Assembly (NCBI GenBank): GCA_964236955.1
Contig: CAXSGP010000111.1
Span: 1-14,201, forward strand
Length of the DNA: 14,201 bases
Direction of reading: 5' to 3'
Source: an uncultured Oligoflexus sp.
GTDB taxonomy: Bacteria > Bdellovibrionota_B > Oligoflexia > Oligoflexales > Oligoflexaceae
The notes under the pieces were generated by a model. It had not been told where the DNA came from. It worked only from the letters and a program-made list of their open reading frames with translations, and ran no database searches. Shown here in pieces: positions 1 through 9,241 of the stretch. Numbering within the stretch: position 1 is the stretch's first letter; each line of letters opens with the position of its first letter. The position numbers were made by a program, and so were the translations under genes.

Positions 1-65
1 CACGGCCTTTTACATGTGATTTCTTAGGGTTACTAGATCCAAAAAACTCACATCGTGAGGCCGTG
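1..65 (+). repeat. Long imperfect inverted repeat / RNA hairpin (may extend beyond the window)
   Basis: CACGGCCT(1-8) pairs with AGGCCGTG(58-65) and ATGTGA pairs with TCACAT. The inner GGGTT-ACTA-GATCC closes with G-U pairs on the + strand. Confidence 0.6.
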
Positions 66-171
66 GATGGCTAAGAATATTAGCTTATCACTCGTTTGCC
101 GTCTTCTAAATATTCCTGAACGCCTAAAGATGCGGAACCATCAAATTGCACCTCGCCGAACTCAAAGTGAT

Positions 172-199
172 TTATCGGAAATGAGATTGGAAAAATTTA
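172..199 (-). promoter_or_regulatory. Putative sigma28 (FliA/SigD)-type promoter pointing left
   Basis: Minus strand reads TAAA-N16-TCCGATAA versus the consensus TAAA-N15-GCCGATAA. Confidence 0.4.
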
Positions 200-633
200 A
201 AATCATAGGTTCTATCCTCATGAATTGGACTTAGGTCCTAGCCCATTAGTGCCAAGCAAAATAATGGGGCAAGTCTATGATGGGGAAAACATTCAAACAT
301 CGCTCCCACCAGATTCCGTCCTCATTGCAAAAAAATTTAGGAGAGTTGACCATAGAACCTTGGTCCTACGAGTGCTTTCAAGCCCCCACCCGTCTCAGAC
401 CAAATAGGGGCCGCGCCCATGATCAGGAACTCTGCACCATTTGCCGCTCAGATTGCGATTGGTATCCTAGGAAAATTACCGCCGGTATTAAAGCTTTGAC
501 TCAAAATACATCCCTTTTTCAAGTAGGTGAAAGCTCAAAGCAAAGCAATTTACTGCCCTACTGCATAACAGTCAGAGCCACCTGGAAGTGCGGCAACGGC
601 CAAAATTCAGACACCCCGTAACCGCTTACAATC

Positions 634-1653
634 CTAAGGTTGACCACTTCCACCGGCAGCTCCATAAATTTGTCCGGTCGAAAAACTTGCATCATTAGCC
701 GCAAGTTGCACATAGATCGAAGCCAGTTCCACGGGCTGACCAGGACGACCTAAAGCTGTGTCAGCACCAAATTTCATCAATTTCTCTTGTGTGGCACCAC
801 CACTAACCTGCAAAGGAGTCCAGACTGGTCCGGGGGCAACGCCATTGACACGAATTCCTTTCGGACCAAGTTGCTTTGCCAGGGACTTCACAAAGTTCAT
901 AGTAGCCGCTTTAGTCTGTGCATAATCATAGAGATCAGCAGACGGGTCATAGGCCTGGACCGATGTCGTCCCAATAATAGCGGAGCCAGCTGCCAGGTGT
1001 GGCAAGGCCGCCTTAATAATCCAAAAGGGAGCATAAATATTGGTCTTCATTGTCCAATCAAACTGCTCTGTCGAGATATCAAGGATCGATGCATGGGTCT
1101 GCTGCCGGGCAGCATTGCTCACCACAATATCGAGTCCTCCCAGGCCTTTTACTGCATTCTCAACCAAACGTTTACAAAATCCTTCATCGCGTAAGTCACC
1201 AGGAATAGCCAAACCGACCCTGCCCTCAGCTTTAATAAGATCGATGACTTCCCGAGCATCCGATTCTTCAGCTGGTAAATAATTGATTGCGACATCCGCA
1301 CCTTCGCGCGCATAGGCAATCGCGGCCGCACGTCCCATTCCTGAGTCGCCCCCGGTGATCAACGCTTTGCGACCTTTGAGGCGACCTGACCCTCGATAGC
1401 TGGTCTCACCATGATCCGGTCGAGGCGTCATTTTACTGGCGAGACCGGGCCAGGGTTGGGATTGAGAAGGGAATGTGGGCTTAGGATATTTATCGATCGG
1501 ATTTTGCAGAGCTTCGTCATCGGGTGGATGATTCGAATTGCCTGCCACTCCTGCATTTGCGCCTGCAGGTACGACGGCAGCTGCAACGAGACCAGCTCCG
1601 ATGCCGCTGAGGATGCGTCGGCGCGAATAGGAGTTCCTATCATTTTTACTCAT
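634..1653 (-). CDS. yghA: Short-chain dehydrogenase/reductase, YghA/YhxD-like, with N-terminal twin-arginine signal-like peptide
   Basis: TGGDSGMG Rossmann motif, YAQTK catalytic YxxxK, the family-typical PDHGETSYRGSGRL segment and GIRVNGVAPGPVWTPLQ. RBS AAAGGA lies 7 nt before the ATG. Confidence 0.9.
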   Translation of the reverse strand: MSKNDRNSYSRRRILSGIGAGLVAAAVVPAGANAGVAGNSNHPPDDEALQNPIDKYPKPTFPSQSQPWPGLASKMTPRPDHGETSYRGSGRLKGRKALITGGDSGMGRAAAIAYAREGADVAINYLPAEESDAREVIDLIKAEGRVGLAIPGDLRDEGFCKRLVENAVKGLGGLDIVVSNAARQQTHASILDISTEQFDWTMKTNIYAPFWIIKAALPHLAAGSAIIGTTSVQAYDPSADLYDYAQTKAATMNFVKSLAKQLGPKGIRVNGVAPGPVWTPLQVSGGATQEKLMKFGADTALGRPGQPVELASIYVQLAANDASFSTGQIYGAAGGSGQP

Positions 1654-2071
1654 ATGCTTGTCCTTTAATTGTTCCGGAACAGTTAGTATCGGGGCAATCC
1701 CTTGCTCTCTAAATATTCAAACCCAAACCTTTGCTCTCCCTGTTGAAAAATATTGCCTTTCACTTATGGAGTAGTTCCGAAGCTAAGAATATTCAAGTCA
1801 GGAACGGCAACAAAAAATTAAAATACCACCGCAGCTGTTGCTCCGATTGAGTTTCAATAAATTTTCATGAAATCGTTTTTGATAATCTGTAGAGGCGGTT
1901 CTTGAAAAATGCCCTGCTGAGAGTCGAACAGGATCAATTTCCGGCCAGAGGCAGCGCCTTTTTCGGTCGAATGGCCCGGTTGAAGGCGAGGCAATCAATC
2001 CGCTGATTCACGGCTTACAAATAGTCCGGTCCGAAAAAAAACGTTTCGAAAGCAGAGCCAAAATAATGAGA

Positions 2072-2093
2072 AATATTCCCGTGAGGGAATATC
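2072..2093 (-). terminator. Probable terminator hairpin downstream of the aldo/keto reductase
   Basis: ATATTCCC-GTGA-GGGAATAT perfect 8-bp stem about 26 nt after the stop. Followed on the minus strand by T-rich TTCTCATTATTTT. Confidence 0.55.
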
Positions 2094-2118
2094 TTAGCAA
2101 GCTATTTCCATTTGCAAT

Positions 2119-3099
2119 CTAGCGGTTAACTGTACTCATATCACCGTAACGCATCCCCGCAACTTTCCCGAAGGGAAACTGATTATCAATACGCGCAAGA
2201 TCTTCGGCTGAGAGCTTGATCTCAAGCGCTTTGATATTTTCAAGCAAGCGCTCCCGCTTCGTCGTGCCAGGAATAGGGACAATATCGCCTCCCTGAGCCA
2301 CAATCCACGCTAAAGCCAATTGCGCCGGCGTGACCTTGCGTTCTTTGGCAAGTGTTTCAATCTCCCGGACCAACTCCAGATTTCGGTAAAAATTCTCAGC
2401 TTGAAAGCGAGGGTTCGCCCGGCGATAATCGGTCTCGGGGATATCATCAGGTTTTTGAAAAGCACCCGTAAGAAATCCTCGTCCAAGTGGACTATAAGCA
2501 ACAAAGCCTATACCGAGCTCGCGGACCGTATCAAGAATACTCTCCTCCGGCTCGCGGCTCCAAAGCGAATATTCCGTCTGCAGGGCGCTGATGGGATGAA
2601 CCGTGTGGGCTCGACGAATAGTCGGAACCGCAGCCTCTGACAAACCGAGAAACCGCACCTTCCCTGCGGCAACCAGCTCAGACATTGCCCCGACGGTATC
2701 CTCGATCGGCACGGCAGGATCAACTCTATGCTGATAATAAAGGTCTATCGTATCGATTCCGAGCCGCTTTAGAGAAGCCTCACAGCATTGACGAACGTAT
2801 TCGGGCTTGCCGTTGACGCCAAGAAACTTTCCATCCGCTGTTCGCTCATTGCCGAACTTGGTCGCGATCACCAGCTTTTCGCGCTGCCCTTTGATGGCTT
2901 TTCCAATCAGAACTTCATTTGTGAACGGTCCATACATATCTGCAGTGTCAAGAAAGGTCAGACCTTTATCGATCGCGAGGTGGATAGTCGCAATCGACTC
3001 GGCTTCCTCGCGCCCAGCATAAAAGTCCGACATTCCCATACACCCTAGACCGATACGCGAGACGACCAGACCTTGATCGCCAAGACTCATTTTTTCCAT
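2119..3099 (-). CDS. Aldo/keto reductase (AKR13-like); ORF is open to 3123 but ATG at 3099 is preferred
   Basis: [15 protein letters not shown] (catalytic Asp/Tyr), IATKFG (Lys), YYQHRVD (His), YSPLGRG and PIPGT motifs. Purine-rich AAAGAAAGGG lies upstream of ATG 3099. Confidence 0.93.
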   Translation of the reverse strand: MEKMSLGDQGLVVSRIGLGCMGMSDFYAGREEAESIATIHLAIDKGLTFLDTADMYGPFTNEVLIGKAIKGQREKLVIATKFGNERTADGKFLGVNGKPEYVRQCCEASLKRLGIDTIDLYYQHRVDPAVPIEDTVGAMSELVAAGKVRFLGLSEAAVPTIRRAHTVHPISALQTEYSLWSREPEESILDTVRELGIGFVAYSPLGRGFLTGAFQKPDDIPETDYRRANPRFQAENFYRNLELVREIETLAKERKVTPAQLALAWIVAQGGDIVPIPGTTKRERLLENIKALEIKLSAEDLARIDNQFPFGKVAGMRYGDMSTVNR

Positions 3100-3333
3100 G
3101 CTGGCGGCCCTTTCTTTGAACATGCCTTGTTCGAGTTGGCCTCAAAACCAGAGCATCGTCAATCGCTTGAGCGCTCGGGACTCTCTCATTCGCTCGCCTA
3201 AGTGAACTCAAAGCCTTGAGCATTCACCACTCATGACCAAGCGGCAAATATTTAAGTGAATCGCCTCAAAGCAAATTTAGGCCCATAGTTACTTTGAATG
3301 TTACAGCTGTCTCTTCGTGATGGACTCTAAACG

Positions 3334-3360
3334 AAAAAAAGAGAATCCAATTGGACTCTC
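3334..3360 (-). terminator. Rho-independent terminator of the DEAD-box helicase gene
   Basis: Minus strand reads GAGAGTCC-AATT-GGATTCTC-TTTTTTT, about 42 nt after the stop. Confidence 0.85.
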
Positions 3361-3402
3361 CCTCTTAAAAGCACATTTTTTAGACCTATCTATTTAAACC
3401 GA

Positions 3403-5148
3403 TTATGAACGTTTTTCTTTACGCGGCTTGCCGGCAAAACCGCTGCCGCTCGAAACGCCTTCCGAGGGGTCAAAAGTCCTTTTGGGACGAAGCTTGCTCT
3501 TTTTCTCGCCATCCAAAGGCTTACGCGGGGCTTCTTCACGGGCAAAGGGCTTTGCGGCGGCTGCAATCTTAGGGCCGCGATAGTCTTTGCCCACGCTAGG
3601 AATTTCATCGTGCTTTACGATGCCACGTCCGCCTCCCTCGGCGCGTACTGGAGCAGGGCGACGGGGAAATTCACCGCGTTCCATGCTGCGGGGACGATCC
3701 CGTGACAGGCCACGATCTCTTGAAGGGCCGCCGCGATCCCGTTCCGCTCCACGCCTATCACCACTGCGAGGTCCACCCCGGTCACGACTTCCGCGATCAC
3801 CGGAATCGACGAAGCCAAGGTTGGCAGGGGCCGCGCGCAGCTCAGCATCTTTGTCGTTGAAGATATCGGTGAAATTGAGGGCCAGGAATCGACCTGCGAT
3901 TTCTTCCGGGCTCATGGTCGACAGTGCCAATTTCCACTCTTCGCTCATCGAATCGATCGCGCGGGAAAAGTTTTCCTGCTCCTGGAATTTCGCCAGGAAG
4001 GAAGCTACTTTCTTTGCACCCAGTTCGCGGCGGGTAGGAATAGTGCCTTCTTGCAGAACACTTTTGGTCAGACGTTCGATCTGACCGATCATGCCGCGCT
4101 GACGAGGAGCAATAAGACTCATCGCCACGCCGGACTTACCGCAACGGGCGGTACGACCAATACGATGAACATAACTATCGAGTTCACGGGGGATCGAATA
4201 GTTCATAACATGGGTCACGTCTTTTACGTCGAGACCCCGGGCAGCAACGTCAGTACAGATGAGGATCTTCACTTTACGTTCGCGGAAAGCTTTCATCGTG
4301 ATTTCACGTGCGCTTTGAGTCTTGTCACCATGCAGTGAGTCAACCCGATAACCGCGATCCATCAGGTGCGATGTCAGGTCCGCAACCAGGGCTTTCGTCT
4401 GGCAGAAAACGAGACCGTAAAAATCGTCGACCGAATCGATCAGCTTACAGAGAACGTCCGGCTTACTCGATTCGTGGGTAACATAGAAAAGCTGTTCGAT
4501 CGTCGTGGGAACCATTTCGGTCCGATTGACTTGAACCTGCTGGGGATCTTTCAGATAAGTGTCAGCAACGCGGCGAACATCAGGACTCATTGTTGCCGAG
4601 AAGAGCCAGGTATTGGCCTGACCGGCTGGAACACTGTCCAAAACTGCCATCAGGTCATCTTTAAAGCCCATGGAAATCATTTCATCGGCTTCATCAAGAA
4701 CCAGAACCTGCAGTTTATCAAGGTTCAAGGTGCCCTGCCGGATATGATCACAGATACGGCCTGGGGTTCCGACAACGACCGACACACCGCGATGAAGACC
4801 ACGATGCTGATCGTTGTAGCTTGCCCCACCATAGATGGGGAGTGCCGTTACGCCCAGATATTTACCAAGGAGGTTGACTTGATCGGTAACCTGCATTGCA
4901 AGTTCACGGGTCGGGCATAGGATCAGTCCTTGAACCGACCGCACAGCGGGATCAATCCGTTCCAGCAGAGGAATGGCAAAGGCCGCTGTTTTACCGGTTC
5001 CTGTCGCCGCAAGGCCAAGGAAGTCGGTGCTGTTGCCAAGTAGCAGGGGCAGAGCCTGCGCCTGGATCGGGCTTGGTGTTTCGTAGCCAAGATCTTGGAT
5101 CGCACGAAGAACTTTGGGACTTAGATTTAATTCAGAAAATAATTGCAA
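3403..5148 (-). CDS. DEAD-box ATP-dependent RNA helicase (DeaD/CshA-like), TTG start
   Basis: Q motif (GYETPSPIQ), TGTGKT, PTRELA, TPGR, DEAD, SAT, ARGLD and HRIGRTAR, plus an Arg/Gly/Asp-rich C-terminal tail. An in-frame TAG just upstream limits the start to TTG 5148. Confidence 0.95.
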   Translation of the reverse strand: MQLFSELNLSPKVLRAIQDLGYETPSPIQAQALPLLLGNSTDFLGLAATGTGKTAAFAIPLLERIDPAVRSVQGLILCPTRELAMQVTDQVNLLGKYLGVTALPIYGGASYNDQHRGLHRGVSVVVGTPGRICDHIRQGTLNLDKLQVLVLDEADEMISMGFKDDLMAVLDSVPAGQANTWLFSATMSPDVRRVADTYLKDPQQVQVNRTEMVPTTIEQLFYVTHESSKPDVLCKLIDSVDDFYGLVFCQTKALVADLTSHLMDRGYRVDSLHGDKTQSAREITMKAFRERKVKILICTDVAARGLDVKDVTHVMNYSIPRELDSYVHRIGRTARCGKSGVAMSLIAPRQRGMIGQIERLTKSVLQEGTIPTRRELGAKKVASFLAKFQEQENFSRAIDSMSEEWKLALSTMSPEEIAGRFLALNFTDIFNDKDAELRAAPANLGFVDSGDRGSRDRGGPRSGDRRGAERDRGGPSRDRGLSRDRPRSMERGEFPRRPAPVRAEGGGRGIVKHDEIPSVGKDYRGPKIAAAAKPFAREEAPRKPLDGEKKSKLRPKRTFDPSEGVSSGSGFAGKPRKEKRS

Positions 5149-5819
5149 GGGAATCTCATTTCGCTAAAGCGCTGAGTAGTCATTACGCGGCGCATTGGTA
5201 AAAGTGAAAACTAAGTGCGTGTCGAAAAGGAATAGCGTGCTGTGTGCTCTGCTAACATACTAAACCGACATATGCCACTTCATTTTCAAATGATGCGCGT
5301 TTGGCAGCTTACTTTTACCCGGATTGCCTTGAACAGCAAAATATGGGGGCGTGAATACTCAGAGCTTAAGCAGGTCTCTCTTATAGATGCGGAGAACGGT
5401 TGACGCAAGCCCTTAGACGAATATGTGAAAGAAAAGCTTGGGCCATTCCCATCCATGCTGTCTGAAATTACGAGAACTTAGGATCAACTAAGCCTAGTTT
5501 GGAAGCTGATGTTGGCTCCCTATAAAGATTTATCTCCCTAATTATATTCGGTTTTCGCGCAATGTCCAGTCAGCCCTATACTGCCATTTTTGTAGGCAGG
5601 GAATGAGTCAAAAACATTTGGGGACCATTATCTCGCAACTCTAAAATTATTGACTTCATTCAGGCCACCCTGTCACTCGGATTTTTTTAAATCGCGCCCT
5701 ATTATTTTATTGGACATGCCACGATCCCATGCACCTTATCCTTTTACTCTCCCGATATTGATGACTTAGCCCAGTTCAGCTCCAACAAGCCGGCGTCATC
5801 AGGCGAGGAAATCAAAGTC

Positions 5820-5848
5820 CTAAAGAAAACACCAAGAAAAACCGATAC
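5820..5848 (+). promoter_or_regulatory. Putative sigma28-type promoter for the DUF1592-DUF1552 operon
   Basis: C-TAAA-N16-ACCGATAC, about 130 nt upstream of ATG 5980. Confidence 0.4.
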
Positions 5849-5979
5849 GAAACAGTCCCCCCGGTGGAGGGTCAGCTGAGACGAGATCGGAGCCTGGGCT
5901 CGATCATGGCCACCATGGAGTCGATGCAGTGTGAAGTGCTTTTGGACTCAACATTTATCGCGCCGAAGAAAGTACAGCA

Positions 5980-7734
5980 ATGAAGCCTTCCAAAATAACA
6001 ATTTTAGTTCTTTTTTGCTTGCTGCCACTTGCCTGTAATAAAGCTCCGAGTCGGGTCGGGTTCAACTTTCACAAGGACAAGGATGCTGTAGCCTCCGGTC
6101 AGGATACTGACGGTGATGGTCTCCCTGATAAAGGTGGGAGTGGTGGCGACGGTGACGGCAATCCAACGGCTGCCGGTGCAGAATTATCTTTATCTACAAC
6201 GGCCTTTCCTCGCCTTTCCCATCTCCAATGGGATAATTCGGTGCGCGATGTCCTTCTCCTCGATAAAAGTCCTGACCTTTCAAAAAACTTTTCGAGCGAT
6301 CCTTCCGGATCAGTATTCAATAATAACTCGGCTCTTCTAAAAGTCTCGGCAAACCTATGGTCCGACTATCGGAACGCTGCGGAAACGATGGCGGAAACCA
6401 TAGGTGCGAACGCCGAACTCGTGAAAAGGCTGCTGCCGCCCGACCTGCCTGCCGACCCGGACCAAAGGGGAAAAGCCATCGTCATTCCACTTTTGCGCCG
6501 GGCCTTTCGTCGGCCGCCCACGGCGGATGAAGTGAGCAAGCTTGTGGCCCTCTACAAAAATGGGTCCAAGTTCTCAAGCAATAAGGATTCGACAGCGGCG
6601 GGGCTTGAAGTGGTGATTACCGCAGTTCTCCAGGCACCAGCATTTTTATACCGCAGCGAGATTGGTGACGGTAGCGGCGGAGAAGACGTCCAACTTCAAC
6701 CCTATGAACTCGCGTCGCGACTGTCCTATGCGGTATGGAACAGCATTCCTGACGAAGAACTCCTGAAAGCTGCGGAAGCAGGTGAGCTTTTAGAACCTGA
6801 AGGCCTGAAAAAACAAGTCCTCCGTCTCGTGGCAGACAAAAAAGGCGAGGAAGCCCTTAGCTTTTTTCATATGAAGGCGTTCAACGCTGAGAAATTCACA
6901 CCTGGCAACAAAGACAAAAAACTTTTTCCCAATTGGCCAGGTGATCTGGGTGATACGTTTAAAAAAGAAGCCGAGCTCTTCTTTCGCGAGGCGGTCATCA
7001 CTAAAAATGGCGGGCTAAAGGAAATTCTTACCGCACCTTATGCCTTCGTCAATGATAAAACCGCAGCTCTCTATGGTGTACAGGCACCAGCGGGCGGCGG
7101 TTTCACCAAGGTCGATTTAAATCCTACGCAGCGTGCCGGGCTCCTTACCCAGGTTGGCTTTCTAGCAAGCAAGGCTCATGAAAATGAGAACGATCCTATC
7201 CATAGAGGAACATATATGGTTGGAGAAATCTTTTGCACCACCCTGGCAGCTCCCCCGGTAACAGGTGTAGTCCCACCGGCCAGTGACAGCTTAAAGACAC
7301 TCAGGGAACGTGTAACAGCCCTAACCACGACCGAAGGCAGCAGTTGCAAATCCTGTCATGGGCCGATGATCAATCCAGCCGGCTTCGCCTTTGAGACTTT
7401 CGATGCCACCGGTGCCGTCCGCGATATGGAAAATGGTGTTAAAATCAATGCGGCCGCGGAATATAGTTTCGGCAGCAACGGCGATGGCAAGATCAGTTAC
7501 AATGGACCTATTGAATTTGTAAATGCGATTGTAACGAAGGTAACTCCCCATCTTTGTTACGTTACTAAGGCAGCTGAAATGCTCTATGGCCGACGGCCGG
7601 GAAAAGCCGAAAAGGCTTTGCTCCAAAGTCTCGCTCAGAAATCTCTAAAAGGGGCCTCAGCAAAAGAGTTATTTGCTGAAATACTTTTGGACCCCAGTAT
7701 ATTGGTTCGCGGCAATCATGAGGCAAACAAATGA
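5980..7734 (+). CDS. DUF1592-family lipoprotein (DUF1587/DUF1595/DUF1592/DUF1588/DUF1585-type architecture) with CxxCH motif
   Basis: Lipobox LPLAC (Cys19). Motifs RLSHLQWDNSVRD, RRAFRRP, LQAPAFLYR, YELASRLSY..W.S.PD, RAGLLTQ, PIHRG and CKSCH..INPAGFAFETFDATG are typical of this family. Confidence 0.88.
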   Translation: MKPSKITILVLFCLLPLACNKAPSRVGFNFHKDKDAVASGQDTDGDGLPDKGGSGGDGDGNPTAAGAELSLSTTAFPRLSHLQWDNSVRDVLLLDKSPDLSKNFSSDPSGSVFNNNSALLKVSANLWSDYRNAAETMAETIGANAELVKRLLPPDLPADPDQRGKAIVIPLLRRAFRRPPTADEVSKLVALYKNGSKFSSNKDSTAAGLEVVITAVLQAPAFLYRSEIGDGSGGEDVQLQPYELASRLSYAVWNSIPDEELLKAAEAGELLEPEGLKKQVLRLVADKKGEEALSFFHMKAFNAEKFTPGNKDKKLFPNWPGDLGDTFKKEAELFFREAVITKNGGLKEILTAPYAFVNDKTAALYGVQAPAGGGFTKVDLNPTQRAGLLTQVGFLASKAHENENDPIHRGTYMVGEIFCTTLAAPPVTGVVPPASDSLKTLRERVTALTTTEGSSCKSCHGPMINPAGFAFETFDATGAVRDMENGVKINAAAEYSFGSNGDGKISYNGPIEFVNAIVTKVTPHLCYVTKAAEMLYGRRPGKAEKALLQSLAQKSLKGASAKELFAEILLDPSILVRGNHEANK

Positions 7735-9128
7735 TACCAAGACGACGGTTTTTGATGGGTGCAGGCGGGTTGATATTTGCTTTACCCTTTCTTGAGAGTC
7801 TGGTTGGGCTCGATGGAATCGCCAGGGCAGATGACCTTGAAAAGGAGCCGGGGCGATATGCGGTCTTTTTCCGGTCCGCCCATGGGTTTGTCGGCAGCAA
7901 ATTTTGGCCTTCTGCCAAGGGCCCGATAACGGATCAAACGCTTAGCGGCAGATCGCTTGCGGCACTTTCGCCCTATAAAAACAATCTCCTCGTCGTTGGC
8001 GGTATCTCCCACCCCTACGGAAGTGACGGCTGTGATCATAAATACGGTGGTATTCAAGCGCTCACCGGATCCAGGCCCTATCGGGGAGCCAACGAAGGTG
8101 TAAACCTGGCTCTTGCCACTGGGGAGTCGCTCGATTTCAGAATCCAAAGGACCCTGATGCCTGGTGTCGAGCCTCTTATCCTTACTTCCGGCAAACGCAA
8201 TTCCGATCGCCTTGGCATTCAGGATTTCTTATCGTTTCGCGGCTCCAAGGATTTGGTTTCCGGGGAAATCAGCCCCTTTAACGCCTACAAGAAAATCTTT
8301 GGACTTGTTAATGGTGGACCGAGTGATGCGAAAATACTCCTTCGCAAAAGTGTCAACGATTATGTGAAGGACGGCATGAAGACTTTGCTGTCAAGCAGCA
8401 AACTGAGCGCTGCGGATACAGAACGTCTGCAACTTCACATGGCCGGCATTCGCGATACCGAGAAAAAAATCGGGATGCACTTATCCGATGAACGCATCGC
8501 GCAGATGGAAAAGGGCAGTAACGTCAATGACTATGAAAACAACACGATCGAAGTTCTGAAGATGCAACTTGATCTCATCGCTTTAGCAATTGCGGCGGGG
8601 GCCTTCCGTGCGATCACCCTGCAGATCGGGGCCGGCATCGATGCCACTCAGTATCTGATCAAAGGCCAACGTTTTGCAGGCGCTCATGCTATATCGCACC
8701 GAGTGGCAACACAGATGCCCTTTATGGATGGAGCGCCGTTAGCGGGCGCCGAAGACATGCACGTTCAACTTGATATCATGCATGCGGACCTTTTCAAGTA
8801 CCTGCTCGACCGCTTGAGCAGCTATAAGTTCGGAAGTCAGACCCTGCTTGATTATGGGACCGTGATGTGGTTCAGCGAGATTGCGGACGGTCCCTCGCAT
8901 AGTCATGACAACATCCCGCACATATTAGCGGGTAGCTGCGGTGGGTATTTAAAAACCGGCAATTACGTTGATGGCAACTGCTATGTAAACAAAATTTTGA
9001 ACACCGTGGGCTCAGCCGTGGGTTTAAAGAATGGCAACGGTCCCCTGAATAATTTCGGGGATCAGGATCTTGTTGCCGAAAATAAGGATAACAAAGCGGC
9101 TGGTACTATTGCAGCGATGATCAAATAA
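7731..9128 (+). CDS. DUF1552 domain protein with Tat signal
   Basis: N-terminus PRRRFLMGAGGLIFALPFLESL, motifs H.ISH and SEIADGPSHSHDNIPHILAG. ATGA start/stop overlap with the upstream DUF1592 gene, its usual genomic partner. Confidence 0.88.
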   Translation: MIPRRRFLMGAGGLIFALPFLESLVGLDGIARADDLEKEPGRYAVFFRSAHGFVGSKFWPSAKGPITDQTLSGRSLAALSPYKNNLLVVGGISHPYGSDGCDHKYGGIQALTGSRPYRGANEGVNLALATGESLDFRIQRTLMPGVEPLILTSGKRNSDRLGIQDFLSFRGSKDLVSGEISPFNAYKKIFGLVNGGPSDAKILLRKSVNDYVKDGMKTLLSSSKLSAADTERLQLHMAGIRDTEKKIGMHLSDERIAQMEKGSNVNDYENNTIEVLKMQLDLIALAIAAGAFRAITLQIGAGIDATQYLIKGQRFAGAHAISHRVATQMPFMDGAPLAGAEDMHVQLDIMHADLFKYLLDRLSSYKFGSQTLLDYGTVMWFSEIADGPSHSHDNIPHILAGSCGGYLKTGNYVDGNCYVNKILNTVGSAVGLKNGNGPLNNFGDQDLVAENKDNKAAGTIAAMIK

Positions 9129-9175
9129 AGACCTTCCCTGCAGTCGTAACTTTTAGAATTGAATTCTATAAATCA

Positions 9176-9210
9176 AAGAGCGCCTTCACCTGATAGATGA
9201 AGGCGCTCTT
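9176..9210. terminator. Bidirectional terminator-like hairpin between convergent genes
   Basis: AAGAGCGCCTTCA-9nt-TGAAGGCGCTCTT perfect 13-bp inverted repeat between the stops at 9128 and 9242. U-tracts are short. Confidence 0.75.
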
Positions 9211-9241
9211 AAGCCTTTGAGCCTTGGCATGCACTAAGTCT

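Noticed and set aside
55..102. c-di-GMP-I riboswitch-like GGCAAAC...CCACGGCCT on the minus strand
   Set aside because: It lacks the GNRA-capped P2 stem and the GACGCAAAG junction.
225..621. ORFs 225-407 and 277-621 on the + strand
   Set aside because: They overlap each other, have no recognisable motifs or convincing RBS and have atypical composition; probably spurious.
1686..1713. Sigma28-like -10 (CCCGATAC) upstream of the SDR; likewise TCCGATAG at 10677-10684 upstream of M23
   Set aside because: No acceptable TAAA/TCAA -35 at 15-16 nt spacing.
1798..1998. 66-aa minus-strand ORF between the AKR and SDR genes
   Set aside because: TTG start, no motif and low coding plausibility; probably promoter region.
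3587..4920. Long antisense ORFs (165, 95 and 184 aa) opposite the helicase, and similar shadow ORFs in other genes
   Set aside because: Explained by codon bias of the sense gene; no motifs or RBS.
5272..5403. 43-aa + strand ORF in the 830-bp helicase/DUF1592 intergenic region
   Set aside because: No RBS, no recognisable similarity, and its length is compatible with chance.
5868..5979. TPP-like GCTGAGA and glycine-riboswitch-like CGCCGAAG words in the DUF1592 leader
   Set aside because: The remaining conserved cores (ACCTGA...TAAT..CG.AGG; CTCTCAGG) are absent.
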